Shown here: positions 22,170-36,486 of the stretch, piece by piece
How the letters are laid out: each line of letters begins with the position of its first letter
Numbering within the stretch: the stretch's first letter is position 1
From: Macrostomum hystrix
Taxonomy: Eukaryota; Animalia; Platyhelminthes
Length of the DNA stretch: 64,000 nucleotides
Assembly (NCBI GenBank): GCA_950097015.1
Contig: CATNEN010000014.1
Coordinates: forward strand, 1,798,001-1,862,000
Reading direction: 5' to 3'
Position numbers and translations under genes: made by a program
The notes under the pieces: model-generated
What the model was told of the DNA's origin: nothing
The model's database searches: none
Seen by the model: the letters and a program-made list of their open reading frames with translations, nothing else

Positions 22170-22860
22170 AGGGAGGAAGGGCGACTAGGAGAGGAAGGTG
22201 AGAAGTTGAGGAAGAGCGACAAGGGGAGGAATGTGAGGAGGGGAGAAAGGGCGAGAAGGGGAGGAATGTGAGGAGGGATGAAGGGCGAGAAGGGGAGGAA
22301 TGTGAGGAGGGATGAAGGGCGAGAAGGGGAGGAATGTGAGGAGGGATGAAGGGCGTCAAGGGGAGGAATGTGAGGAGGGGAGAAAGGGCGAGAAGGGGAG
22401 GAATGTGAGGAGGGATGAAGGGCGAGAAGGGGAGGAATGTGAGGAGGGATGAAGGGCGAGAAGGGGAGGAATGTGAGGAGGGATGAAGGGCGAGAAGGGG
22501 AGGAATGTGAGGAGGGATGAAGGGCGAGAAGGGGAGGAATGTGAGGAGGGATGAAGGGCGTCAAGGGGAGGAATGTGAGGAGGGGAGGAAGGGCGACAAG
22601 GGGATGAATATGAGGTGGGAGGAAGGTGAGAAGGGGAGGAAGGGCGACAAAGGTCGGGAAGGCGAGAAGAAAGTGGAATAACAGGGGAGGAATGTGAGGA
22701 GGGATGAAGGGCGTCAAGGGGAGGAATGTGAGGAGGGGAGGAAGGGCGACAAGGGGATGAATATGAGGTGGGAGGAAGGTGAGAAGGGGAGGAAGGGCGA
22801 CAAAGGTCGGGAAGGCGAGAAGAAAGTGGAATGACGAGGATAGGATGAATGGCGAGAAGG
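22170..22860. repeat. 34-bp purine-rich minisatellite
   Basis: GAAGGGGAGGAATGTGAGGAGGGATGAAGGGCGA repeated with degenerate flanks. Confidence 0.9.
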
Positions 22861-23539
22861 AGACGGAGGCGTGAGTGAGGATGAACTATGAGGTCAGAAG
22901 GGTGAGAAGTGTCTAACCTGGACTATAGTATACGCTGCTGGGCCGTGGCAATGACTTGGTGACTGCGGGACTGCAATGTGTTGATCTGCTCGCTATCGTC
23001 ACTGAAATCGATTTCCTGCAGTCTTTCCACCGGCGCAAGGAAAAATGCTCACTAGTTGCCGGCTCAAGCCAGGCAGTCAACAAAAATAATTAGGCCGCCA
23101 ATTTTGCGGTCGCATCTGGCGCTAAAGCTGGCGATGCGCATTTGGAAACTGGAGGGGGAAACAATTCTCCTACCCGGGTACCTGGAGGATTTTCATTGCG
23201 CGAGTGGGATGCGAAAATTGGGGACAATTTGTTGAGACTGAAAAACACCTGCGGGGCTGCAAGGCCTAATTGAGCTGCTGCTGCTGCCGCTGCTGCGCAG
23301 AGGTGCAGCTCGTAAATAGATTGCGTCGTTTAAGCGGAAATTCGCGTCTGAATGGGAACAATGGGAGCGATTGGGAAAAACAGAAATATTTAAAGTAAAT
23401 GGAGAAACTATGAAACTGGTAAATGGATTGAACGGAATCACTTGAGATTGCTACGTAAAAAGAGGGGATATAAAACTGAAATGAAAGGAGGGAGTTGGAA
23501 CAGAGATGAAGGGAGGCCGTTGGATGCAGCGATAATGGG

Positions 23540-24084
23540 AGATGTAACAGAGATGCAGGGATGAAGGGAGATGTAACAGAGATGCAGGGATGAAGTGAGG
23601 TGTAACAGAGATGCTGGGATGAAGGGAGATGTAACAGAGATGCAGGGATGAAGGGAGATGTAACAGAGATGCAGGGATGAAGGGAGATGTAACAGAGATG
23701 CAGGGATAAAGAGAGATGTAAAAGAGATGCAGGGATGAAGGGAGATGTAACAGAGATGCAGGGATGAAGTGAGGTGTAACAGAGATGCAGGGATGAAGGG
23801 AGATGTAACAGAGATGCAGGGATGAAGTGAGGTGTAACAGAGATGCAGGGATGAAGGGAGATGTAACAGAGATGCAGGGATAAAGAGAGATGTAAAAGAG
23901 ATGCAGGGATGAAGGGAGATGTAACAGAGATGCAGGGATGAATTGAGGTGTAACAGAGATGCAGGGATGAAGGTGGATGTAACAGAGATGCAGGGATGAA
24001 GGGAGATGTAACAGAGATGCAGGGATGAAGGGAGATGTAACAGAGATGCAGGGATGAAGGGAGATGTAACAGAGATGCAGGGAT
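23540..24084. repeat. 29-bp minisatellite
   Basis: GATGTAACAGAGATGCAGGGATGAAGGGA about 19 times. Confidence 0.93.
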
Positions 24085-24768
24085 TTGATACAGAGATTGA
24101 TTAAAGTGGGAGGTGTTTCATTGGATCAGTTGGTGATGGTGAATAGGAAGTGGAAAATTGAGTTCGGGAGGATTCGGGATAATTGTAAGCCGTTGGAATG
24201 TAAGTGAAAATTTAAATGAGGAAAGTCTCCAGTGGTCTATGCAGACGTCGCCAAGATGACGTAGTAAAGTTGGGGCCCATGGGAGGCGAGTCAGACTCTA
24301 ACGGGTTCATGCGCATGCAATGCATGTATTGCGCGAGTACAGCAAAAATCACGGATGATTTCGCTTCGTGCAGAACTCAGATATTGGAGTGAGTCCCACC
24401 TCAGCCTCCGCCTTCTCCTCGTCCCTAATTACACCGGCGCTGGCAATTATCCCTGTGCACGGCCTGGCCTGGCCTGGCCTAGTTAGCAGCTTCAGGAAAT
24501 CCCGAGCCTCTTCATCCTCCCTCCTTGAGGGCTCCTCGAGGTCTCAGCCTGCCTCGTTCTAGCGTTTTCCCGCGGGAGCCGTCATTTACTCGAGCCACTG
24601 TCCAAGTCCGCAGCAAATGAGTGTTTACTTAGCGGCCTTGAGACACTGGGCCAATGGATTCGCATTAGAATTATTATAATTAGCGCGCCCTCATTTGGAC
24701 TGCCGGCCTGCGCTGTGCGGCATGCGATTGCTCCAGCCTCTTCTCCGTCTGTGATTCCTGACTGTTTT

Positions 24769-25328
24769 CCTCTCGCCCTGTCTCCCTCTCGCCCTGTCTC
24801 CCTCTCGCCCTGTCTCCCTCTCACCCTGTCTCCCTCTCGCCCTGTCTCCCTCTCGCCCTGTCTCCCTCTAGCCCTGTCTCCCTCTCGCCCTGTCTCCCTC
24901 TCACCCTGTCTCCCTCTCACCCTGTCTCCCTCTCGCCCTGTCTCCCTCTCGCCCTGTCTCCCTCTCGCCCTGTCTCCCTCTCGCCCTGTCTCCCTCTCGC
25001 CCTGTCTCCCTCTCGCCCTGTCTCCCTCTCGCCCTGTCTCCCTCTCGCCCTGTCTCCCTCTCGCCCTGTCTCCCTCTCGCCCTGTCTCCCTCTCGCCCTG
25101 TCTCCCTCTCGCCCTGTCTCCCTCTCGCCCTGTCTCCCTCTCGCCCTGTCTCCCTCTCGCCCTGTCTCCCTCTCGCCCTGTCTCCCTCTCGCCCTGTCTC
25201 CCTCTCGCCCTGTCTCCCTCTCGCCCTGTCTCCCTTTCGCCCTGTCTCCCTCTCGCCCTGTCTCCCTCTCACCCTGTCTCCCTCTCGCCCTGTCTCCCTC
25301 TCGCCCTGTCTCCCTCTCGCCCTGTCTC
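24769..25328. repeat. 16-bp pyrimidine-rich minisatellite
   Basis: CCCTGTCTCCCTCTCG about 35 times. Confidence 0.95.
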
Positions 25329-26084
25329 AATCTCATTGATTCCCAGATCTAAATCCCCTTACTGGATCCCGATAGCCAAAGTACGCGGCCGGTGTCACTC
25401 AAACGCTCGGCATCTCTCTTCACTCCCCAGATCTGCCAGCCCAACTGTGTCTGGCCCGACCCTGCGCACCGCAATCTGTCAGCCTGGCCCCTCAAATAAT
25501 TCGCCAAGATTTGCATGAAACACTCGCTGCTCCCGGCAGCTGTTTCTCGTCCGCAACAAAAGTGCTCCCAAGGCGGCTGGCTGGCCGCTGAAATTATTCG
25601 CCTGCCCCGAGGCCCTTTTTTTACCGCCGCTCGTAAAATCCCGCCCGAAATCCCCATAGGCAGCTTCTGACCCTCTCGTGCTCTTCTTCATTTTCCCTAA
25701 AATAGGCGAGGGATATGAAACCCGCGGCTGCCGCTAAAGTAGGACTGATTAATCTCCCTTCTGGAGGCCAGAGGCTTCCATTTCCCCTCCTCCCATCCCG
25801 GCCTCCCCTCCGGCCTCCCATGCTTGATGGGGTCGAATTGTGGGGGAAAAAACTCCCCTCATAGCCTGCAATATCCCATCTTATTCCCTTTTGCACATAT
25901 CGTACATAAAAGAGAAAGTAGCCTTATATAATGCTATACTGGATTCTCCTGAAAGAATACGAGACATGTAAGACGGGAAGGGGAAGAGGGGATATTGCCC
26001 TGGCCACAGCATCCCATCTGGCCTTGTTGATGGGCTTCGGAGAGAGGAGCTCGCGGCTGGAATCCCGAGAAAAGATAGAAGGAA

Positions 26085-26213
26085 ACTAGTCACTCCCCTG
26101 ACTAACTAGTCACTCCCCTGACTAACTAGTCACTCCCCTGACTAACTAGTCACTCCCCTGACTAACTAGTCACTCCCCTGACTAACTAGTCACTCCCCTG
26201 ACTAACTAGTCAC
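26085..26213. repeat. 20-bp minisatellite
   Basis: ACTAACTAGTCACTCCCCTG about 6.5 times. Confidence 0.93.
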
Positions 26214-26271
26214 ACTACCGACAAACTTTTCACTTCTATGCCTCAGTCAGTCTCAGCAGAGGTCATCCCAA

Positions 26272-28385
26272 GATCTGCTCTCGAAAAGACCCCAACTGCT
26301 CTCAAAAAGATCCCAACTGCTCTAGAAAAGATCCCAACTGCTCTCGAAAAGACCCCAACTGCTCTCGAAAAGATCCCAACTGCTCTCGAAAAGACCCCAA
26401 CTGCTCTCGAAAAGATCCCAACTGCTCTCGAAAAGATCCCAACTGCCACTCGAAAAGATCCCAACTGCTCTCGAAAAGACCCCAACTGCTCTCAAAAAGA
26501 TCCCAACTGCTCTAGAAAAGACCCCAACTGCTCTCGAAAAGACCCCAACTGCTCTCAAAAAGACCCCAACTGCTCTCAAAAAGATCCCAACTGCTCTAGA
26601 AAAGACCCCAACTGCTCTCGAAAAGATCCCAACTGCTCTCGAAAAGATCCCAACTGCCACTTGAAAAGATCCCAACTGCTCTCGAAAAGATCCCAACTGC
26701 TCTCAAAAAGATCCCAACTGCTCTCAAAAAGATCCCAACTGCTCTAGAAAAGATCCCAACTGCTCTCGAAAAGATCCCAACTGCTCTCGAAAAGACTCCA
26801 ACTGCTCTCAAAAAGATCCCAACTGCTCTAGAAAAGACCCCAACTGCTCTCGAAAAGACCCCAACTGCTCTCAAAAAGATCCCAACTGCTCTCGAAAAGA
26901 TCCCAACTCTAGAAAAGATCCCAACTGCTCTCGAAAAGATCCCAACTGCTCTCGAAAAGATCCCAACTGCCACTTGAAAAGATCCCAACTGCTCTCGAAA
27001 ATATCCCAACTGCTCTCGAAAAGACCCCAACTGCTCTCGAAAAGATCCCAACTGCTCTAGAAAAGATCCCAACTGCTCTAGAAAAGATCCCAACTGCTCT
27101 AGAAAAGATCCCAACTGCTCTAGAAAAGATCCCAACTGCTCTCGAAAAGACCCCAACTGCTCTCAAAAAGATCCCAACTGCTCTCGAAAAGATCCCAACT
27201 GCTCTCGAAAAGATCCCAACTGCTCTAGAAAAGATCCCAACTGCTCTAGAAAAGATCCCAACTGCTCTCGAAAAGACCCCAACTGCTCTCGAAAAGATCC
27301 CAACTGCTCTCGAAAAGACCCCAACTGCTCTCGAAAAGATCCCAACTGCTCTCGAAAAGACCCCAACTGCTCTCGAAAAGATCCCAACTGCTCTCGAAAA
27401 GATCCCAACTGCCACTCGAAAAGATCCCAACTGCTCTCGAAAAGACCCCAACTGCTCTCGAAAAGACCCCAACTGCTCTCGAAAAGATCCCAACTGCTCT
27501 CGAAAAGATCCCAACTGCCACTCGAAAAGATCCCAACTGCTCTCGAAAAGACCCCAACTGCTCTCGAAAAGATCCCAACTGCTCTCGAAAAGATCCCAAC
27601 TGCCACTCGAAAAGACCCCAACTGCTCTCGAAAAGACCCCAACTGCTCTCAAAAAGATCCCAACTGCTCTAGAAAAGACCCCAACTGCTCTCGAAAAGAC
27701 CCCAACTGCTCTCAAAAAGACCCCAACTGCTCTCAAAAAGATCCCAACTGCTCTAGAAAAGACCCCAACTGCTCTCGAAAAGATCCCAACTGCTCTAGAA
27801 AAGATCCCAACTGCCACTTGAAAAGATCCCAACTGCTCTCGAAAAGATCCCAACTGCTCTCAAAAAGATCCCAACTGCTCTAGAAAAGATCCCAACTGCC
27901 ACTCGAAAAGATCCCAACTGCTCTCGAAAAGATCCCAACTGCTCTCGAAAAGATCCCAACTGCTCTAGAAAAGATCCCAACTGCCACTCGAAAAGATCCC
28001 AACTGCTCTCGAAAAGACCCCAACTGCTCTCAAAAAGATCCCAACTGCTCTAGAAAAGACCCCAACTGCTCTCGAAAAGACCCCAACTGCTCTCAAAAAG
28101 ACCCCAACTGCTCTCAAAAAGATCCCAACTGCTCTAGAAAAGACCCCAACTGCTCTCGAAAAGATCCCAACTGCTCTCGAAAAGATCCCAACTGCCACTT
28201 GAAAGGATCCCAACTGCTCTCGAAAAGATCCCAACTGCTCTCAAAAAGATCCCAACTGCTCTCGAAAAGATCCCAACTGCCACTTGAAAAGATCCCAACT
28301 GCTCTCGAAAAGATCCCAACTGCTCTCAAAAAGATCCCAACTGCTCTAGAAAAGATCCCAACTGCCACTCGAAAAGATCCCAACT
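26272..28385. repeat. 21-bp minisatellite (~100 copies)
   Basis: GAAAAGA(T/C)CCCAACTGCTCTC with recurring variants (CTAG, CAAA, GCCACT). Confidence 0.95.
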
Positions 28386-28852
28386 TCTAATTTCACGAAT
28401 CTGTCATTTCTCCCGTTACTAACCGCAGTATTTGGAAGCTTCTGTCTATGGCGATAATGGCGAGTCATAAACTAGTTTGTTAATATCTATTTTGCCCAAG
28501 CAATGTGATTTCCTAATTCAAAGACACAATCGGCGGTGCCTTCCCTTTCACTTCTAGCCAGTCCGGATTCACAGTCACGTGTTTTTCCTTTGATTTTGTT
28601 TCGCAAAAGGGATATGCTAGCTCAGAAGACATCAACTAGGCCCCACCTGATGCAAGATCATCAATTTGCAGCCGGTGGAATCCCAGCGGCCCATCCAACG
28701 CCTCCTGATCACGCTGTCTCCGCGTGGGCCACATCTCGTCGGGGTGGTGGCGCGGAGGTCGCAAGGAGGAGCTTCGAAAACAACCCGGCCGAATTGTTTC
28801 CTGAAATCGTTGCCGCCCTCATCATCCGGAGCCCAACATTTCCTCGCCGCAC

Positions 28853-29654
28853 CTGCTGACAGACACTGTTTCTAAGAAATATAGACTGTGGGAATCAGGC
28901 TGCTGACAGACACTGTTTCTAGGAAATATAGACTGTGGGAATCAGGCTGCTGACAGACAATGTTTCTAGGAAATATAGACTGTGGGAATCAGGCTGCTGA
29001 CAGACAATGTTTCTAGGAAATATAGACTGTGGGAATCAGGCTGCTGACAGACACTGTTTCTAGGAAATATAGTCTGTGGGAATCAGGCTGCTGACAGACA
29101 CTGTTTCTAGGAAATATAGACTGTGGGAATCAGGCTGCTGACAGACACTGTTTCTAGGAAATATAGACAATGGGAATCAGGCTGCTGACAGACACAGTAT
29201 CTAGGAAATATAGACTGTGGGAATCAGGCTGCTGACAGACACTGCTTCTAGGAAATATAGACTGTGGGAATCAGGCCGCTGACAGATACTGCTTCTAGGA
29301 AATATAGACTGTGGGAATCAGGCTGCTGACAGACACTGCTTCTAGGAAATATAGACTGTGGGAATCAGGCTGCTGACAGACACAGTTTCTAAGAAATATA
29401 GACTGTGGGAATCAGGCTGCTGACAGACACAGTTTCTAGGAAATATAGACTGTGGGAATCAGGCTGCTGACAGACAATGTTTCTAGGAAATATAGACTGT
29501 GGGAATCAGGCTGCTGACAGACACAGTTTCTAAGAAATATAGACTGTGGGAATCAGGCTGCTGACAGACAATGTTTCTAGGAAATATAGACTGTGGGAAT
29601 CAGGCTGCTGACAGACAATGTTTCTAGGAAATATAGACTGTGGGAATCAGGCTG
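28853..29654. repeat. 47-bp minisatellite
   Basis: CTGCTGACAGACACTGTTTCTAGGAAATATAGACTGTGGGAATCAGG about 17 times. Confidence 0.95.
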
Positions 29655-30510
29655 CAGTCGGCAATGCTGGGCGTGTTTGCAGCATGCTTGCGGATGAGTT
29701 CGGGAAGAGATTTGAGATGGCAGCAATAGTTGAGCAGACTCCGTTCTCAACTGAGCGAGTCTGTCAATCTGCGACTCTTCGACTCTGCGGAGGCGGTTGT
29801 TGGGACGGGATAAGCTCGTGTGGGTGGTGAGCTGCTCGAAGGGACTTGAAAGAAAACTAGTAAGGAGGAGCGGAGGACGCGGGACGCGGTGCTCGGGCTT
29901 TATCGATCGGTGCAGTCCCTTATCCCATTTTTTTCTTCCCAATCGAGTGCGGGCTTTGCCGAGGCCTTCGCCTCAATGTACATGTTCGCGAGGCCTCCCC
30001 CGGCAAAGAATTCGAGTTGGGAAGAAATTCAAGAACTCCTCGGCTGCCAAGAAGAAGGCCCCAGCTGCCTTGTACTATTTATATGCAGCCTGTGAGGCCG
30101 CAATGGGACAAGCTCCCGGATGTCTGGCGGCTGGGTGAAAAGGGATTTAATTTTGTGCGGCTTCGGACTTGTCAGACCGCTGAGCTCAGCGCGTGAGTAT
30201 AAGCAGGCTTAAGGGATATTTTGATGGGAATAGCTGCACCCGCAAGCAGGATCTGATCTTTTGCGAGTGCTGACTGGACTATCGGGATATTTGACCAGTG
30301 AGATATTTCATTACTGGGATATTTTAGCTTGCAATATTAAATCAGTGGTATAACGAATCATTCTCTATCCCATCAATAATGAGGAGATTGTTATGAAGCA
30401 TGGTGACATGGGATCACATGGGTATGGAGCAAATGGGATGCTGAAAATGGAATTTTTTTAATTGCTATATTTAATTATGATGATTGGGATCGCTTTGTTG
30501 GAGAATCTTG

Positions 30511-31236
30511 GGGATATGGGATCATTTGGATGTATTATCATTGGGGTATGGGATCATTTGGATGTATTATCATTGGGATATGGGATCATTGTGATGTATT
30601 ATCATTGGGATATGGGATCATTGTGATGTATTATCATTGGGGTATGGGATCATTGTGATGTATTATCATTGGGATATGGGATCATTTGGATGTATTATCA
30701 TTGGGATATGGGATCATTTGGATGTATTATCATTGGGATATGGGATCATTTGGATGTATTATCATTGGGATATGGGATCATTGTGATGTATTATCATTGG
30801 GTATGGGATCATTTGGATGTATTATTATTGGGATATGGGGTCATTTGGATGTATTATCATTGGGATATGGGATCATTTGGATGTATTATCATTGGGATAT
30901 GGGATCATTGTGATGTATTATTATTGGGATATGGGGTCATTTGGATGTATTATCATTGGGATATGGGATCATTTGGATGTGTTATCATTGGGATATGGGA
31001 TCATTGTGATGTATTATCATTGGGATATGGGATCATTGTGATGTATTATCATTGGGGTATGGGGTCATTGTGATGTATTATCATTGGGGTATGGGATCAT
31101 TGTGATGTATTATCATTGGGATATGGGATCATTGTGATGTATTATCATTGGGATATGGGATCATTGTGATGTATTATCATTGGGATATGGGATCATTGTG
31201 ATGTATTATCATTGGGATATGGGATCATTGTGATGT
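30511..31236. repeat. 32-bp minisatellite
   Basis: GGGATATGGGATCATT(G/T)(T/G)GATGTATTATCATT about 22 times. Confidence 0.95.
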
Positions 31237-32247
31237 AGAGTCATGAGGATATTGCATTGTTAGTATTCATAATCATCCTGATGAAAAGTCACAGGGTACT
31301 CGAATATTGAAATAGGGATTTTTGGGATGTACGTAGAAACATTGAGAAATATTATCCTGGGCACACGGGATCGTTGTGATGTGAAATGCCCTGTGCCGCA
31401 TTCTCGGATGTTCACACGGGTTGAGTTTGTTAGCTGAAGCGAGGACAGACAAACAAGAGGACAAAGAGGCCAGCTCACAACTGGCATAGTTCTCCATCAT
31501 GCCCTTTGTGCTTTGAGCAGTGGAGCAAGAAAGCAGTCTCAAATTCATACACATATAGACATGCGTAGCCTATACTCAGAACCTTTGAGCATTAATAGTT
31601 GGCCATGCAAGGTTGCCAGCCCGTACAGCATGGGCGCAGCAGCAGCAGCAGCAGCAGCAGCGGGGGCACCGGGCGAAATCTCATTTCCCATTTCAGGGAG
31701 GAAGACTGTCTTTGAGGGGCTTCATTTCCTCTGGAAATCACCGGCCCGCTGTGCCGAAGGGGGAGCGGGAAGACGGGGCAGTCTGGCGGCCCTTTTTGTT
31801 CCACCTCGAAAGAAAACAAAGAAAGCAGAAAGGAAAGAAAAGCAGTGAGACAGATTTGAGACATCTCAAGAACCTGGGTGGGGCCGCTGAGCACGAGTCT
31901 CAATCAGAAGCAGTCTCCTGCTAAAAGCAGCAGCAAAGCCAATCAGTATAATCAGCGATTCTTCAATGGACCAGACGATGTAGAGGGAGCTTCGCCTCTC
32001 AAAGACAAGCCCAGCAGAGTCGCGTCCGCGCACCTTTGCCCGCGGCCCTAATCCGTTGAAGACGGGGCCTTAATCTGCTACATGCTTGAATGGCAATTCT
32101 AGACAAAATTTCATTCATCAAGTCACTAGTAGACAGGAACTTTGGGTGATTTCACTGGAGATTTCAACTGAATTTGTGTTAAAATGCTAATTATGTTTCT
32201 GTTAATTAAATTTTTATAACCTGATATGAGAATTACTCCCATGTTTA

Positions 32248-33750
32248 AATGTCTCACCTGTTAGAAATGTCTCTCATCTGTTAGAAATGTCTCTCACCTG
32301 TTAGAAATGTCTCTTAAATGTTAGAAATGTCTCTCATCTGTTAGAAATGTCTCTCATCTGTTAGAAATGTCTCTCATCTGTTAGAAATGTCTCTCATCTG
32401 TTAGAAATGTCTCTCATCTGTTAGAAATGTCTCTCATCTGTTAGAAATGTCTCTCATCTGTTAGAAATGTCTCTCATCTGTTAGAAATGTCTCTCATCTG
32501 TTAGAAATGTCTCTCATCTGTTAGAAATGTCTCTCATCTGTAAGAAATGTCTCTCATCTGTTAGAAATGTCTCTCATCTGTAAGAAATGTCTCTCATCTG
32601 TTAGAAATGTCTCTCAAATGTTAGAAATGTCTCTCAAATGTTAGAAATGTCTCTCATCTGTTAGAAATGTCTCTCATCTGTTAGAAATGTCTCTCAAATG
32701 TTAGAAATGTCTCTCATCTGTTAGAAATGTCTCTCAAATGTTAGAAATGTCTCTCACCTGTTAGAAATGTCTCTCATCTGTAAGAAATGTCTCTCATCTG
32801 TTAGAAATGTCTCTCAAATGTTAGAAATGTCTCTCATCTGTTAGAAATGTCTCTCATCTGTTAGAAATGTCTCTCATCTGTTAGAAATGTCTCTCATCTG
32901 TTAGAAATGTCTCTCATCTGTTAGAAATGTCTCTCATCTGTTAGAAATGTCTCTCATCTGTTAGAAATGTCTCTCAAATGTTAGAAATGTCTCTCATCTG
33001 TTAGAAATGTCTCTCAAATGTTAGAAATGTCTCTCATCTGTTAGAAATGTCTCTCAAATGTTAGAAATGTCTCTCATCTGTTAGAAATGTCTTTCACCTG
33101 TTAGAAATGTCTCTCATCTGTTAGAAATGTCTCTCATCTGTTAGAAATGTCTCTCATCTGTTAGAAATGTCTCTCATCTGTTAGAAATGTCTCTAAAATG
33201 TTAGAAATGTCTCTCACCTGTTAGAAATGTCTCTCATCTGTTAGAAATGTCTCTCATCTGTTAGAAATGTCTCTCATCTGTTAGAAATGTCTCTCAAATG
33301 TTAGAAATGTCTCTCATCTGTTAGAAATGTCTCTCATCTGTTAGAAATGTCTCTCATCTGTTAGAAATGTCTCTCAAATGTTAGAAATGTCTCTCAAATG
33401 TTAGAAATGTCTCTCAAATGTTAGAAATGTCTCTCAAATGTTAGAAATGTCTCTCATCTGTTAGAAATGTCTCTCAAATGTTAGAAATGTCTCTCAAATG
33501 TTAGAAATGTCTCTCATCTGTTAGAAATGTCTCTCAAATGTTAGAAATGTCTCTCAAATGTTAGAAATGTCTCTCAAATGTTAGAAATGTCTCTCAAATG
33601 TTAGAAATGTCTTTCAAATGTTAGAAATGTCTCTCAAATGTTAGAAATGTCTCTCATCTGTTAGAAATGTCTCTCAAATGTTAGAAATGTCTCTCATCTG
33701 TTAGAAATGTCTCTCATCTGTTAGAAATGTCTCTCAAATGTTAGAAATGT
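32248..33750. repeat. 20-bp minisatellite (~75 copies)
   Basis: TTAGAAATGTCTCTCA(TC/AA)TG. Confidence 0.97.
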
Positions 33751-34327
33751 TTATTTATTAAGATACTATATTAAGTACTAGATATTAAGTTATTAAGTGC
33801 AATTGGAATATTGTGCTAAATTTAATTATTTGTTTGCTTGGCGATGCAAACTCAGCCCGTGAGTTGTGGACTACACTCGGTGCAAAGCGATTTGCTCGAG
33901 TATGAAAAACATCGGAGAGCGCCTATCGCATGGCCGCACTTTTAAGCCTGCAGTCGGCCGCGTCTGCCCCGGGTATTTGGTGCCTAGAGCTGTATCCACG
34001 GCACATTGTTGATAGCAATGGGCTGAAATGGAGTCGATCCCGGCCCTGCCATGGCAGCGCCTGCTCGACTGCGGCTTTTATTTTTAGCGCTCCGCATTTT
34101 TTGTTAGCTGCAAAACTGCAGCTGCGCAGTGGGCCGGGTTGTGAACTAGTCCTCTATTTATAATAACTAAATATGTGCTGAGCATTCGAACACTGCTTCT
34201 CATGCTCTGGATTCAGGACACAGCTGCCACGCCTTCTTACCGAGGCCTCATGGCTTCAATTAGTTAAATAAACTATTTTCTCAGTTTTTACATAATGTTT
34301 TCAATGTTTTTCTTTAAGAGACTTGTA

Positions 34328-35192
34328 ATTGGCTAGCTGACACTGGGAGTTTAGTTGGTCATGGAGGATTGTGATTGGCTGGTTCATCCTTGGTGTTTAG
34401 CTGGTCATGGAGGATTGTGATTGGCTGGTTCATCCTGGGTGTTTAGCTGGTCATTAAGGATTGTGATTGGCTGGTTCATCCTTGGTGTTTAGCTGGTCAT
34501 GGAGGCTTGTGATTGGCTGGTTCATCCTGGGTGTTTAGCTGGTCATGGAGGATTGTGATTGGCTGGTTCATCCTGGGTGTTTAGCTGGTCATGGAGGATT
34601 GTGATGGCTGGTTCATCCTGGGTGTTTAGCTGGTCATGGAGTCTTGTGATTGGCTGGTTCATCCTGGGTGTTTAGCTGGTCATGGAGGCTTGTGATTGGC
34701 TGGTTCATCCTGGGTGTTTAGCTGGTCATGGAGGATTGTGATTGGCTGGTTCATCCTGGGTGTTTAGCTGGTCATGGAGGCTTGTGATGGCTGGTTCATC
34801 CTGGGTGTTTAGCTGGTCATGGAGGATTGTGATTGGCTGGTTCATCCTGGGTGTTTAGCTGGTCATGGAGTCTTGTGATTGGCTGGTTCATCCTGGGTGT
34901 TTAGCTGGTCATGGAGGCTTGTGATTGGCTGGTTCATCCTGGGAGTTTAGCTGGTCATGGAGGATTGTGATTGGCTGGTTCATCCTGGGAGTTTAGCTGG
35001 TCATGGAGGATTGTGATTGGCTGGTTCATCCTGGGTGTTTAGCTGGTCATGGAGGCTTGTGATTGGCTGGTTCATCCTGGGTGTTTAGCTGGTCATGGAC
35101 GATTGTGATTGGCTGGTTCATCCTGGGTGTTTAGCTGGTCATTGAGGCTTGTGATTGGCTGGTTCATCCTGGGTGTTAAGCTGGTTATGGGA
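34328..35192. repeat. 46-bp minisatellite
   Basis: GCTGGTCATGGAGGATTGTGATTGGCTGGTTCATCCTGGGTGTTTA about 18 times. Confidence 0.95.
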
Positions 35193-36486
35193 GGGCTAGC
35201 ACACGGTGCTGAAGTGCTCACTTAGTTAGCACTTGAGCAGCTTGCCCAGGTATTTCTGAATTAAAAGCCTGGCATTTTTTATTTTTTTACTTGACTTTTA
35301 ATAAAAGCAGTTTGCGTCTATTTAAAGGTAGATCGTGCTTCTGCACTTGCCTGTTATCTTATCTTGTTGAGCTGGCCCACGTTGCTTTAGCTGGCCTATC
35401 TACTCAATGAGTAAGAGTGTACTCGAAAACGTCTTCAAAATTTATTTCCACGTTGGAAAATAAATAATGAAATTTCACATTCAATGGCGTGACTGGCTTG
35501 ATCTTTGTGCCTCTGACAATTGACAAGTCACACTACAAAAATGGTGCCAAAGGGTATACGCGTAGCCATGCTCAAGTTCGCTATGCTCAGTTTTGCTGTG
35601 GCTTTGTATTGTTCCCCAGTGAATACCCAATGCGTTTCCTGCAGAACAAATCCAATGCTTTGAGTTGACTGGCGAGTCCGAGAGCCGCTTTATTGGCATC
35701 ATTGTTATGACTAATATATAATACTATTATTATTATTATTACCATTTACATTTACAGAACAACCCCCATTCATCGTCGTCTGTGCTACGCGCGCATACAC
35801 ACACACACACTAAGGACAAAGCGATTAGCACTCACGACACAGCCTGAGAAGAATGTAATCAACAAACCAGCAGAACCCAGCTTATAGATCTTAAAAAATC
35901 TATTTAACAGTCTTTTTCTCTGCTGTGACTAATGTGAAACAGTGGGGGGCCGAGCTGTGCGCCAGACACATTTTAGTTCTTTCTTTCGGCCCCCCGTACA
36001 AACCGCCCGGTCTGCGGGCGCCCACCCCAGCCCAGGCCAGCCAATCCGCTGTGCACTCTTTTTTGGGCAGGGTGGTAAGGGCGGAGGCGGGGTGGGCCGC
36101 CGTGGTTCAGGTCTAAAATAGTGTAGACTGGCTGGAGGCTTTTTTCCTTTTAACCGCCGAGAGGGCTTTGGAATTTCGCATCGAGAATAGAACCCGGCCC
36201 TAACAATATTCCCCGTTTTCCGGTCAACCTGCTTCTGCTCTAAAAGGCCCTTAGTTACCTCTCCTTTTTGGTTATTCGAAGCAGCAGAAAATAGAACTCG
36301 GCCGATTTTCTCATCCGCGATCAGCTGAATCGTAAGTTCATCGAGTTTGCCATAGCCTGTCATTGCGGTGGATGAGAACTCGCGGTCCCAAATCGAATGA
36401 CATCAGACAAACTGAAGGTCTGCAACTAAGCCGACACTAAAAAAGCTAAAAAGCGAGACACCCCCAGTGTCAGAACACAGCCGAAC

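Noticed and set aside
24715-28390. Long repetitive ORFs (SPSRPVSL..., LEKIPTA..., GSFREQL...)
   Set aside because: Translations of stop-poor minisatellites, with no splice or codon evidence of real coding.
35929-36363. 144-aa minus-strand ORF head-to-head with KDM3
   Set aside because: No recognisable domain or host-like codon bias. It overlaps the likely KDM3 promoter/5' UTR.
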